Notes: generated by a model not told the origin, from the sequence alone. Positions 35,963-47,555 are shown, counted from the first letter of the whole stretch. The stretch: DNA of 63,361 nucleotides, filler included, from Rozella allomycis CSF55 (GCA_000442015.1; 6 parts of 6 records of this genome joined end to end with filler, not necessarily neighbours in it); one strand, 5' to 3'. Made by a program: numbers and translations.

Positions 35963-37639
35963 TTATTTTTGAAATTTCAATACTTTTTTTAGATTCAATA
36001 ATTTTTTCAATTTCATTTTCAAATTCTTTTAATTCTTTTTCAAAATCAAAATTCATGAAATTTAAAACTGATTTTTCTAAACTTTTTTTATATTCATTTA
36101 AAGATTCATTTTTAGCTAAATTTGAACTTGAAAGAAATCCTTCAGATTTTAAATTTGTTGTAAATTTCAAATTAAATAAATTCAAATATTTTTTAATTAA
36201 ATGTTTCTGCTGAATCAAAAATAAACTTGAAATATTCTCGTTAATCTTTTCTTCCAACTCTAACAACTTCTTTCTATAAATCTCTTCCTTATAGCGATGT
36301 GCACTCGATTTGAATTCTTCTATACATTTATTCTTATCAATTTCAAACTCTTCTTTAAAGTCTTCAATTATTTCTTCTTCTAAAATATTTCTCTTTGCAT
36401 GACACACCCTGGTAAATATTGACAATGAATTCTATTTTTAGATTCAGAAAATTACAAAATACATTCATGATTTCATCACATCGATATTGCGCTAACAATT
36501 CTTGCTGCGTTGGCAAATCCAAATCTTTATTACTCACAATTTTTTCCTTTTATTATTCACATCATTCATTACCCAAATCGCATCTGCATACTTTGAAAAC
36601 CCATCACTTGGGATATCATTCTTATATTCTTTATTCATCAAATACTTTGCATCTTGCTTGTTAAAAAACCTTTATAATTCCCACTCAACATTCAATACCA
36701 TTGTTTCAAGTTTAATACATCCTCATTAAATTTGTTCGCTTGCAGTCTCTTGTGAGCCAATCCAACAAACTTTAAATCAAACAAATCTGTAATCTCAGCT
36801 TCTCTAAACATTTCAGGCTAATTAATTCAACCCTGAAATCTTACTTTACTCAACCCTCTCCAAATTCTATCTAAATCACTCCTCAACGTATTCTCCAAAT
36901 TAATCAACGGAGTACTCCCTTCAAAATCACGTATCACAAAAAGTAACAATTTCTTTGCCATTCTTTCCCTCTCAAACACAAATCTTACCCAGGCTGCTGG
37001 AACAATTGCAAATGCACTTCAAAAACAGTCTTCAATAGTCCCATGCTAGCTCCATTATACAGTCCCACCGAATGCTCCCATAGATTAACAATCAAAATTT
37101 GAGAAACCGAAAGCGAAAACAATGCACTCTTTCGTTCAAAATCCTTTTAAATTTTAACAATTATATTCACTTGGTTTTCTCCTCGCTCACGACCGTCTGT
37201 CCCCTCCACATCCATAATCAACACCGATCTATCTTCATCCGCAGGCGACATCCAGATCCCTATCTCACTCCACAACTCTCAATACCTATCCCAACCAAAA
37301 ATTCACTCGTACCTTTAGTCGTCTGCTGGCGCCTCGTATCATCCATCTCCTGAAACGCAGTCCCAAACAATCGATTCAACAATGTACCTGCTCACCCACA
37401 CACCCAAAATTTACCTATTAAAACCACCCCCAATACGTACCTATATATTTTATAAACACTTTAATCACTTTTTCCAGTACTCTGCGCCCCAAATACCGCA
37501 ACAACAGTATAGTCAAACCCAATATCACTTATCTGCCACTTTTCCCTCACATAGCTCTCAAGATTTTGGCTATTTTTATGAAAATCGCTGGTTACTTGAA
37601 TTTTTGCTCATCGTCAATCAACTGAATTTGATTTGTCAT
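35963..37639 (-). CDS. SEY1: Sey1/RHD3 ER-fusion GTPase (3' end in gap)
   Basis: After splicing: [73 protein letters not shown]. Confidence 0.95.
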
Positions 37640-37737
37640 GAAAATGCAAGGGTTTCTACACAATTATTTCCGCGAGTTATATATAGTAAATGTCAAGTGA
37701 AATATAAAGCAGAATTAAATGGAATTATGGAAATAAT

Positions 37738-39366
37738 TTATTTTTTAACGTCTTCCTCTTCATTTTCTCTGTTCTCATCTTGCCTTTCCAGAACTAATAC
37801 GCCACATCTGGATGTCAAAATGTTGAAATCACTGTCCTTGACTGCAATGCCCACCAAAGGCTCCTTCAATAATCTGCAAAACTTTTGTTTAACAACTATA
37901 AACACTTACATAAACAGGCTCAACAATCGGAATCAGATCTAACTGCATTGGCTGGATGATATCCTCTATCTGTCCAAAGCCCCGCTCAGAAGCCTCTTCA
38001 TTCACCAATGATCTCCGTTTCTCTCTCTTGCCTAGCATACTTACAGTGGAATGCTACTAGATCGTAGACGAAACAGTTACCGATCGAGGGCGTCGCAAAT
38101 TCTCTCTTGAAAACTCCCAAAAACATGCAAACCCGTCGTGTCCAACACTGACAAATCTGTAAAGGTTCTGTCCACAGGTTGCGGGATCAAAGGCAACTTG
38201 AGAGACAAATGATTTGTGGCCTTGGCAGCGCGCTACAAATGTGCGCTCTTGGATATCAAGAATCGTAATACAATCGTCTTCACCGGCAAGCTATCATTAC
38301 ATCGTGCTTGAATTACTAGAATATATTTGCCATCAAAACTCCATGTTGCTGACAAGTATCCGCCAAAGAAGCTCTTCATACTGAAACAGAGTTTATGTGT
38401 GGAATGCTCAATGATTCTAACTATGCCGCTCTTTGAAACGATTGCTAAATGCTCGTAATCTGGCGAGAAAAATAATTCTAATGTTCAAATAAATAGATCT
38501 TTACTTTGCGACTCACTGGAACTGAATTGATAGATTGTTTCTACAAAACCACCAACAGGTAGTTGTCTCACTTGGAACCTGGAAATGTTTTCTCAAAATG
38601 TTACATTGATTTCGGAACTCGTGTTTCTGATATCGCCACCAGATTTTGCAATGATCTACAATTTAAGAACGCGACTATTCCGTCATTGAAGGCAGCTGCA
38701 AAACGTTCTTCAGAAGCTGGTAGCCATCTCACAGAAGACACGGGTGATTTAGATAAATGATGCTTTAAAACTTATAAAAAATGTTTTTACCGATTTATTG
38801 TGACGTACAAAATAGTTACTCAATGGACAATAAACTAATATTTCGCCATTAGACAAACCAATTAAAATATCCAAAGATGAAGCATTTTTTGTGGTCAAAT
38901 TTAAATCATGGCATGTCGGCGAGCATTTCGCGAAATTGATCATGACCAAGGGATCAGAGCTAGGGAGGCAAATATCTACCATCAAAAACGATTTGCTAGC
39001 ATGAATAAGAAATCCGCTGCCTTTGTAGCTCCCAGATTTTAAATCATCTTTAAACTGAGAGTTCATGGTAAACTTGTCAATTAGAGATGATGGACGAAAC
39101 AATCCTTCAACGCCGTAAAGAGTTGTGTATGCCTGTTTCTTTTGAAACGAGAATATGGAGTTAGAGTTTTCATCCTGTATCACGAATTCGAGTAATGTAG
39201 CATAATCCTTTTCGTCGTTTATTGTACTCACCTGCTTTGGGGTTGATACACTATACTCGGATATTGCTGAGAGCATGTATGAATGCAGTGGATAGTTAAA
39301 CTGGATTTGGGTATTGTATTCCACTGTCTGGTTATTCCAATCTACCGCAAAAAGTGTACTGGCCAT
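37738..39366 (-). CDS. WDR20/DMWD/CreC-type WD40 protein (DUB cofactor)
   Basis: PTCHDLN...LDILIGLSNGEI, VSSVRWLP, SFFGGYLSATWSFDGKYI, GEDD, RCQGHKSFVSQVAFDP, RFVSVGHDG. Confidence 0.85.
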
Positions 39367-39589
39367 ATGCGAAATTTCAGATTAGGGAAACATGACATTG
39401 ATGTGCTGCATATTTTTATCTTCTTATTAATCTGCATATTCCATAGAAGTATTTAGAAGGTATTGATCTCAAAAGAGTTAAGCTACTTCTTGTGAATATA
39501 AAGGATAAGCCTATTGCGGATAGTTTTGATTGCGCAGGTCATATTATAAATATAATTTGGGCATTTATTGATTTTCCAAAGTGCTCGAG

Positions 39590-40903
39590 TCAAGAATAAT
39601 TGTTTTCCGTGNTCGAGTCAAGTATAATTGTTTTCCGTGGATGTATATCCCACAAGAAGCCGTAAAAAGTATCTAGTGAATGTAATACTCTATGTTCACC
39701 TTTTGTGCCATGCTGAAACTCATCAAAGTGGGCTTCTGCTAAATTAAGTCGCGGGTGAAAATTTTCATCATGCAAAAACAACTGATGAGTTATTTCATGT
39801 TTTGGAAGCGCGAAATACTTTTGCGCTTCACTAATACTCAGTGAATATGAATACACTATGTAATTTTTATCAAATGTGTTAATGAACGCGTACGATAAAA
39901 CACAGGCACTGCGAGTACATTTCGTTTCCCAATCAACTGCACTGTCATAAATAAAACCCCCAAGAAATGTGTAACCAAACGAGAATATGTAACTGTGAGG
40001 GATGTTGTTCTTTAGAACCAAGGGGAAGTCCAAAAAATATAGGGACATACTAATCGGTTGGCTCGCCCTGTACAGTAATACTCGCCCTTGTGCCATCGCT
40101 CCTAATTCATCCATTAGTATTTTATGAAAGATGCTTTTCTCTTTAAACATTGTATGTGATCTTTTGGTCTCTTCAACATGCAAGTATGGATCAATCCCAA
40201 ATAGTGATATCGATCTGGGCCAACAATTAATCCAGGCTTCGGTATTCGAGTCGGCCAAACATATTTCATACTGGTCAATAAAAACTTCGAGATCCTTGAC
40301 TGCAAATAATGATTCATGTATTAATTTTGACCGCTCATCTAAATAATGACCATGGTTATCAAAAGATTTCGCAAATGAAAATATTCTTTCAATCATCAGT
40401 CTCGCTTTCTTACTCAAAGTATATTCAAGGTTTTCTATTAGTTGCTTTAATGAATAATTTTCAAAAGATGTTGCCAAGCGAAATAGGACATCTTCCTGAA
40501 TCATCTTATCCCAATTTTCGTTGTCCATACAATCACATCCTACATGATCGCATGAACTTCTCAACTTGTATGCATCAAGTAATTGCTGGCGTACAATATT
40601 TTCTCTCGCCATTGAATACAAAAACATGCTGGATTCACAATCCGCGATGGTGGGTCGTACGTAAGAAACTATGGTGAACAACTCATAGTAAATGGATGGT
40701 AGCTTCAGTGGATAGATCTTGTAATGTCTGTTGTAGATGCCGGGTAATTCTATCGAAGCGAATTCTTGAAATATTCGTTGTTGGTCATCTTGGTAGAAAG
40801 TGTCATTCCTGACCCAGAGAGGGTCTATGACGATAGCATGGGTACTAACTCCCTGACATATATCTTGAGGTACTATCAGTAGTACTGAATACAAGGATAA
40901 CAT
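39590..40903 (-). CDS. intronless secreted orphan protein, possible ADP-ribosyltransferase-like C-terminal domain
   Basis: 437-aa ORF, hydrophobic N-terminus, VLLYRA ... FSFG..FLGG...D...AC...Y ... ENFHPR. Confidence 0.65.
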   Translation of the reverse strand: MLSLYSVLLIVPQDICQGVSTHAIVIDPLWVRNDTFYQDDQQRIFQEFASIELPGIYNRHYKIYPLKLPSIYYELFTIVSYVRPTIADCESSMFLYSMARENIVRQQLLDAYKLRSSCDHVGCDCMDNENWDKMIQEDVLFRLATSFENYSLKQLIENLEYTLSKKARLMIERIFSFAKSFDNHGHYLDERSKLIHESLFAVKDLEVFIDQYEICLADSNTEAWINCWPRSISLFGIDPYLHVEETKRSHTMFKEKSIFHKILMDELGAMAQGRVLLYRASQPISMSLYFLDFPLVLKNNIPHSYIFSFGYTFLGGFIYDSAVDWETKCTRSACVLSYAFINTFDKNYIVYSYSLSISEAQKYFALPKHEITHQLFLHDENFHPRLNLAEAHFDEFQHGTKGEHRVLHSLDTFYGFLWDIHPRKTIILDSXTENNYS

Positions 40904-40929
40904 CCATCCATTGAGGATCTGAATCTTAA

Positions 40930-41195
40930 GTTACGCTAGACAATGCCCTGCCAAGGTCATTGACGATAGCATAGAGTTCACAACCTTAATAGAGCTATTA
41001 AGGTTTCTCTATTGATAACTAACATAGATTTCATACTCATTCATGAAGACCCAATATGGATAAGTTATGCTAGACAATGCCCTGCCAAGGTCATTGACGA
41101 TGGCATAGAGATCACAACCTTAATAAAGCTATTAAGGTTCTTCTAGTGATAACTAACATATATTCAATACTCATTGATGAGGACTCAATATGGAT
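40930..41195. repeat. diverged tandem duplication of ~135 bp
   Basis: gctagacaatgccctgccaaggtcattgacgat...caatatggat occurs twice with scattered substitutions. Confidence 0.9.
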
Positions 41196-42959
41196 CTCTT
41201 AATATGATAGATCTATAAATAGGATACTATTTATAGAAAGAATCAACCATATAAAACTCCAAGGAGATATCAATAAATAGAACGGAGATAATCCATTCTC
41301 AATCGATATCTGTTTTTTACTTTTTATCTTACGATTTACTATCCGATTTACGAGGATTAAGGTTCTATGAGCGCATGGAGCGACAGAAAGGCCAGGAAAA
41401 TTTCCTTAAGATTTCTCGGACTTTCGTATGTAGCTGGACATGTCCACTGTTACCAGAATGTTCCATTTTAGATCTTCTATTGATGCTGCACCAGTACATT
41501 GATAGAGTTCGGCCGTACAATAACTCTGCGTGGAGATCGATGCCTGCTAAGATTCCTGAAAATCTACTGACTATAATGGGCACATACACATGCGACCCCA
41601 TCGTTGAATAATTCCAGAATAAAAAGACCAAGATCAGGTGGAAAACGTGCATGGTGGCGTGTAAAAATGTGATTGACCTTTTATGATCGAACTTTGTTAC
41701 TTTAAACTTCCGCAAAATCTACATTCATTTGAGTAAATTCCGGCTTATTATTTAGTCAGGTAGTCAAGAGATCCAGCAAAAATATCGATGCTACGGGTAT
41801 AACACAGCCGGCGCCGCAAGATGACTATATGAGAAACCAAGGCATAAATGCGACCCTTGGAGTAGATAGAAAAGATTTTATCACTGCTCTAAAGAAGTCT
41901 ATTTATTGATTATTTATCAATTTACTTTAGATGGCGATGAATATTTTTGTGCTACTATGATTTACACAGCGACAACATTACGAGCAACGTAATAAGACCA
42001 TAATTGTGGATGTTAAGATTAAGGTATGGAAATGACAAAATTTTTCGATAAATCTATTGGCAATGGTTTTCGTGATATCCCAATTGGATTTTGTTGCAAG
42101 CTTTCGTGCATTTTTTTATAGTTAGAGCTTTTCAAATGTATNTTTTTTTTATATTAGAGCTTTTCAAATGTATATTTGTTTCTATCTCTGAAGATGTTGT
42201 AAGGCTAAGACGCACGGCAAGATTTCCCGGTAGCCATATTGATGATAAAAAAGTAGCTGAAATAATTTTAGAATTGCAACGCGGACATTATTCTATTTGA
42301 TGCAACTTTGGCATTTTCTTCAGTGTACAAAACTGATATCATATTAATCAAAGCATTTTGAGCCCGCCAAACTCATTGAATGATGAATCTACTTACAAAA
42401 ATAATCATTTGCCAAAATTGGATGATTACCATATAGAATTAGTCATTTTTTGTTTTCAAAGAAAAGAAATAACAATTCTTATTATTTAAGGTTCCATATG
42501 AAGTTTAACTCAAATGACTACACTTTTAGATGAATGGATTTTTTCTGGTGATGAAGAGATATTTGATTTGGGTATGGACCCCTCAGTCACATTGGTAATT
42601 ATTTGGGAATTGATTTTCCTAGATTTAAATTGAGCGCATTGATTCCAGTTCACCATACATCTTTAATCGTAGAAAAATTTATGAATAAATTATATTTGAT
42701 ATTGTGCCGTTAGTCATGGTTTAAAATCGTCCATTATTTTACGGAATGTCATGGAATGATCAAAATTTCATTAATTGTTTAGGCTATTCCAAAACATCTC
42801 GATATAACTAAAAAATCATTAAACGTGATGAAATTGGACGGTCAAGTTTTAATACAATATGTAAAATGTGAGAGAAAGATACATTTTAGGCAATTCTTGA
42901 TTACGAATTTTTGTAAAATTATTTTTAACAACGTGCCATTTCGACTACGCCACTTTTTA

Positions 42960-44147
42960 ATGATGAAAAACTTTGCATTTTTCTTCTTTACTGTCGTGAT
43001 AGGCTTTGTAGTTGCCGGAAATAGTTTTCAAGATGATTTAAAGAGTGCTATTAGTGCGAACAGTGTCGAGCCTGTGAGAAAATGGCTGCAAATGGATTGG
43101 GTGGAAGTTAATGCTGCTGGTTTGGAGGCGGTTGCCGCTGCTTTAAAAAGCAATAATGTGAACCTTGCAAATGAAATCTATAGTTTAAATCCTTGGGCGA
43201 TGGTTTTACCTAGCCCAGACGGTGGTTTGATAGCCCAGCTGGAAATTAAAAGATTTAAAGATTTCTTTGAAAAAGTTATGAAGTACATTCCTGATGATGA
43301 ACTTGGCACTACTTTAATGTCCGTGAATATTGACTATGTATTGCACGAATACGAATATGAACTTTCCGAATCTGAAGATTCGGAAGGTCTTGAAAATCTG
43401 TTTAAGGACAAAGTAGACACCCTTTATAGACGAATTTTCGCTTCGTTACTGAATAGTGACTTTGTTAAAGTGGTGAACTTACGTGAGAAGGTGGAATATC
43501 TTATTAGCAAGTTTAGTTTTAAAGTTGACAAGCACGACGTCATCAATGCATGGATTGACCGTAGAGTAGAAATGAAAACGTTTCTAGAGAGCAAATTGAC
43601 TCAGAAACTTACAGAGAAGGACACAATTACTTATCAAAAACTTTTTCTAATGAAGGGCCCCACCTTTTCATTTTCGCAGTTTTATTACGAGATTGGCAAA
43701 GAAGCATTTGAAACCCATCTTCTTGAAAGGTTTGCACGCGATGCACGTTTGCGAATTTTTGCCAGCTTTGTTCATGAATCCGACAACTTCAAGCCCGTAA
43801 ACTTTATTAAGTGTTCTTCTGACAACAAAGCAGTGCATGAATTTCCTCATTTGGATGCCTACTATCCAGAAAACAGCCCATTCTTATTTTTAACTATCAG
43901 GGGAAGCAAGACTGAATATTTGAAGGTGACAGACGAAAACAAAAAAATCGAACTTAAGAAGACAGATTTGCTGAACGACGCGGTATTCGCTGATAGAGAA
44001 GCAAAATTGGACTTGGGAATTGCACCATCTATATTTATTGTGAACAAATATGACAGCCAACAAAGAATCATTGAAGCTACGTTTGATGGAAATGACTCGT
44101 ATGAATTCCATATCGTTCACGATGGTGGACTTGCACCTAGCGCATAG
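42960..44147 (+). CDS. intronless secreted orphan protein (ankyrin-like N-terminal helices)
   Basis: MMKNFAFFFFTVVIGFVVA signal peptide; LKSAISANSVEPVRKWLQ / AVAAALKSNNVNLANEI. Confidence 0.7.
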   Translation: MMKNFAFFFFTVVIGFVVAGNSFQDDLKSAISANSVEPVRKWLQMDWVEVNAAGLEAVAAALKSNNVNLANEIYSLNPWAMVLPSPDGGLIAQLEIKRFKDFFEKVMKYIPDDELGTTLMSVNIDYVLHEYEYELSESEDSEGLENLFKDKVDTLYRRIFASLLNSDFVKVVNLREKVEYLISKFSFKVDKHDVINAWIDRRVEMKTFLESKLTQKLTEKDTITYQKLFLMKGPTFSFSQFYYEIGKEAFETHLLERFARDARLRIFASFVHESDNFKPVNFIKCSSDNKAVHEFPHLDAYYPENSPFLFLTIRGSKTEYLKVTDENKKIELKKTDLLNDAVFADREAKLDLGIAPSIFIVNKYDSQQRIIEATFDGNDSYEFHIVHDGGLAPSA

Positions 44148-44191
44148 TTAATAAAATAGTTTAATTTAAATGGAATTTCGTTTAATGTAGT

Positions 44192-46225
44192 TTATTTATC
44201 TTTTTTCTCCTCTTTCTCATTTGTCTTTGTTTTTTCCAAGAAGTGTTCGATGATAATGTCTTCTTGCTTTCTAGCTGCCATGTAAGTAATGTCATTTTTA
44301 AGAAAAGTTTTTATTCTTCTAACAGTTGTCATCAACTGTGCTTGTGCCAATGTTGACCTTACAGCCTTTCCGTTCAAGCCAAGTAAAGTAGAATGACCGA
44401 GTACTTTACGCATTTCTATTGAGACCAAGTCTGTAAAAGCAATACCCATAACTGAAATATCCTGCTTCTCGATTTTAACTTGATTTGAAGAACTTGATGA
44501 CGATTCTTTGCAATCAAAGCTTCTATAAAGCATGCAATTACCACATCTTTCAACAGGTGTAATGTATCGTCGATTATGATCACCATAATAACGATAGGAA
44601 CTAACCATCAACGATTTAGATTTAACACTTGACGTTGTGTCACCATTAGTAACAGCCAAAGAACAGCTTTGATCTTCCGCACAGTTTCCTAAAGGATGTT
44701 TAACACCTTTTTTTTGTTGCACTTCGTGCCCAAAGTTTTGCTGAACTATTTTTGGCAACAAAGTATCTTTCTGCAAAAATTTGCTTTCGCTGACAAAAAA
44801 GGTTTCGTCTGAGTTACATTCTAAAATCAATGCATGCATGTCTGTGTTTGTAAAAAGGCTGTCGCGGGCTTTAAAACTCATTCCCATATATAATCTATCG
44901 TCATTTATATCATCATTGAAAGAGACTGAAAGAACATATTGGTCTAAAGGTTTTTTTACTTGTTTCAACCATTTGTTGACACATTGTGCAAAACGAGGAA
45001 GTTTTTCATCAATATATCGGAAAAAGTTTATAAAATCTTCACTTCTTTCGCGAAAAAGAATATTTTCCTTGGAAAAGATGTTAGAATAGAAACTGTCAAT
45101 TACTTTTTCGCTAGAGAATTGTAAATTTCCTTGATTCAAAATAGTGTTCTGGGTTCCGTAGCTTCTCAAAAGGTCACAAAAGCTATTTTCATTTAGCACA
45201 GATGAACTGAATAAAATATCATTGAACAACTTATCAGCTACCAAGGGAGTAATAGAAAACGGTGATAATGTAAATGAATAACTTGTCGTGTGGGCCCAAA
45301 TTTGGGGATTTCCGCCGTTCAGTTCTTTAACCAATNCCCAAATTTTGGGATTTCCGCCATTCAGTTCTTTAACCAATTCTAAATACTCATTTAATTCAAC
45401 AAAAGGATTATTATGGTCATAATGAATATCAACCACGTACACTTTACCATCATTCTTACCTTTTATCAATGGAACTTGAATCACCGGAATTCTGAATGCT
45501 GTGCCATCTTTTCTTGGTGCTGAAACGGTAAGTTTCTTAGGATCAGAGAAAGGAAGATATTCGTTAAATTCTTCACTTTCACTAGGGCCGATAACTAAAA
45601 TCGGCGGTGCTATTTCACTAGATCCTTCAAGCTGATCAACAAGGGAATGATAAACTATTTCAATACTAGACATTCTATTTTTAACGGACTTGCAATGAAC
45701 CATATCTTTGATTAGCTCGGAATTAATAGTAAATCCATTCCTCAATACGCACTCCCCGCGGATATTCTGAACTATGGTGTTTTTGTTATTCACATCATCT
45801 ACAATTTTTTTTGCCAACTTTTTGAACTCCTCAAAAGTTCCTTTTTCCATCTTTTTACCACTTTTGTTCTTTATGTTTTGAAAAGTTTCTCCATATGACA
45901 TATAATTATTCTCAATTACCCAGTTCATGCATCTTTCGTTCGCCGCCTTTCGTTTCTCATTATCTATACCCGAACACGGGTTTATAAAAGATCCCATTTT
46001 GTCCTTTAAAATGTCTGCGACTTCAGAAATGTTATCCTGCTCAAATGCGACTTCCTTTAAGAGAAATTTGGGTTCAGTATTAAAAACAGGAAGATCAAGA
46101 TTTCGAATGGTTCGCAAGCTCTCTTCACTGACAGACGAAAGTTTGAACGGTTGCGTTGATCTAATTTCAACTGGCAAGGAGGATACAGTCAAGATGCCAC
46201 TGAGAACATAAAACACGTGCTTCAT
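44192..46225 (-). CDS. secreted protein with C-terminal zinc-dependent deaminase-like motif (CAE...CxxC)
   Basis: Signal peptide MKHVFYVLSGILTVSS; HPLGNCAED at ~44672-44698 and RCGNC at ~44534-44548. Confidence 0.65.
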   Translation of the reverse strand: MKHVFYVLSGILTVSSLPVEIRSTQPFKLSSVSEESLRTIRNLDLPVFNTEPKFLLKEVAFEQDNISEVADILKDKMGSFINPCSGIDNEKRKAANERCMNWVIENNYMSYGETFQNIKNKSGKKMEKGTFEEFKKLAKKIVDDVNNKNTIVQNIRGECVLRNGFTINSELIKDMVHCKSVKNRMSSIEIVYHSLVDQLEGSSEIAPPILVIGPSESEEFNEYLPFSDPKKLTVSAPRKDGTAFRIPVIQVPLIKGKNDGKVYVVDIHYDHNNPFVELNEYLELVKELNGGNPKIWXLVKELNGGNPQIWAHTTSYSFTLSPFSITPLVADKLFNDILFSSSVLNENSFCDLLRSYGTQNTILNQGNLQFSSEKVIDSFYSNIFSKENILFRERSEDFINFFRYIDEKLPRFAQCVNKWLKQVKKPLDQYVLSVSFNDDINDDRLYMGMSFKARDSLFTNTDMHALILECNSDETFFVSESKFLQKDTLLPKIVQQNFGHEVQQKKGVKHPLGNCAEDQSCSLAVTNGDTTSSVKSKSLMVSSYRYYGDHNRRYITPVERCGNCMLYRSFDCKESSSSSSNQVKIEKQDISVMGIAFTDLVSIEMRKVLGHSTLLGLNGKAVRSTLAQAQLMTTVRRIKTFLKNDITYMAARKQEDIIIEHFLEKTKTNEKEEKKDK

Positions 46226-46296
46226 AATTGTGGCGGAGCTACGAAAAAAAAATTAATTCCAAATAGACCATCAGCCACCACAAAAATAACTATAAA

Positions 46297-47015
46297 TTAA
46301 TAAGGTAATTTATAACCATCACGGTGGTAAAAGCCACCACTTATGTCCTCGCTTAGATCATCAATCACATGGATCATCTTTTCTACTGCTTCCCTTGGAT
46401 CCATGTCTCCCTGTCCTCCAGTCATGTCGGTCCTTATGTATCCAGGATGAAGAGCCAAAACTTTTATTTTATACTTCATCAGATCAATGGCAAGAGACTT
46501 GGTCACCATGTTTAATGACGCCTTTGACATTCTATATCCGTAATATCCTCCGGATGTGTTGTCTTCAATGGAGCCCATCCTGGAAGTAATATTGATAACT
46601 TTACATCCTTCATTCATAAAAGGCAAAAGAGATTGTGTCACTAACAACGGACCCATTGCATTAACCTTAAATTGTTCCATGCACGCTTCAGCCATGTCCT
46701 TTTCTTTGGTTGTAAAATCGCTCTTTAAAAAAATTCCGGAATTATTGATTAATAAATCAATTTTGATGTCCTTTTTAGAAAAATTAGAAGCCAATTCTGC
46801 TATGGAGTCCGCGTTGGACACATCCAAAACGAGATGACAGTCTTTTGAAATGATTTCCGATAACTAAATATGAATTTCATTCGGTATTATACCTCTTTGA
46901 CATTTGAATATGGCGCTCGTGATGTCCCGAATACCTTATATCCTTGGTGCAAATATTGCCTAGCGAATTCTAGGCCTATTCCGCGATTCGCGCCTGTGAC
47001 AAAGACTACTGGCAT
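46297..47015 (-). CDS. short-chain dehydrogenase/reductase, CsgA/C-factor-like
   Basis: VFVTGANRGIGLEF, LLINNSG, ITSRMGSIEDNTSGGYYGYRMSKASLNM, LHPGYIRTDM. Confidence 0.93.
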
Positions 47016-47051
47016 TTGGTAACTGAATATGAAATTTCGAAAAGATTGGCA

Positions 47052-47555
47052 TCAAGATTTATTTCGATTATAAATTTTAAAGACAAAAGTTAAAGAAAAA
47101 ATTACTACAAAAAGTAAGCAAGATGACCATTTTGCCCAATTCATTATCATTACCATCTCGGTAACAAATGAGAACGCCTGCTTTGCCTTAAGAATTATCG
47201 TGACCATTAATGTTTCTAGTAGATCCGAGATTAGGTATAACCATGATATCCTTTTCAAGACATTTGAATTTAAAAGGCCCGCAAGATTTACTGCCGCAAA
47301 ATAATTGAGCAGAATAAATGCATAATCATAGTAATTAATTGTCTTGTAAACGTCAACTGCCTTATTAGAATTCAATATTTTAATAAATATCTCTTGAACT
47401 TTTAATAAGTTTGGAAAGAGCAATTCTTCTGGAGTCATGAAATCTTCGCCAAAGATTGGTGCGAACTTGCCCTTCATTTTAAAAAGTAAAATGGATGTTG
47501 TAAGAATTATTGCTGTAATTAGTTTCACTAGAGAACCCAATTTTCCTCTGTTCAT
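47052..47555 (-). CDS. hypothetical 4-TM membrane protein
   Basis: 167-aa ORF with four hydrophobic segments (YDYAFI, SDLLET, WAKW). Confidence 0.65.
   Translation of the reverse strand: MNRGKLGSLVKLITAIILTTSILLFKMKGKFAPIFGEDFMTPEELLFPNLLKVQEIFIKILNSNKAVDVYKTINYYDYAFILLNYFAAVNLAGLLNSNVLKRISWLYLISDLLETLMVTIILKAKQAFSFVTEMVMIMNWAKWSSCLLFVVIFSLTFVFKIYNRNKS

Noticed and set aside
45300-45375. Internal repeat LVKELNGGNP.IW in the deaminase-like protein
   Set aside because: Straddles a single N; allelic or overlap assembly artefact.
46297-47015. CsgA-like SDR as a recent bacterial transfer
   Set aside because: It has a spliceosomal intron and the family is widespread in eukaryotes; no evidence without a phylogeny.
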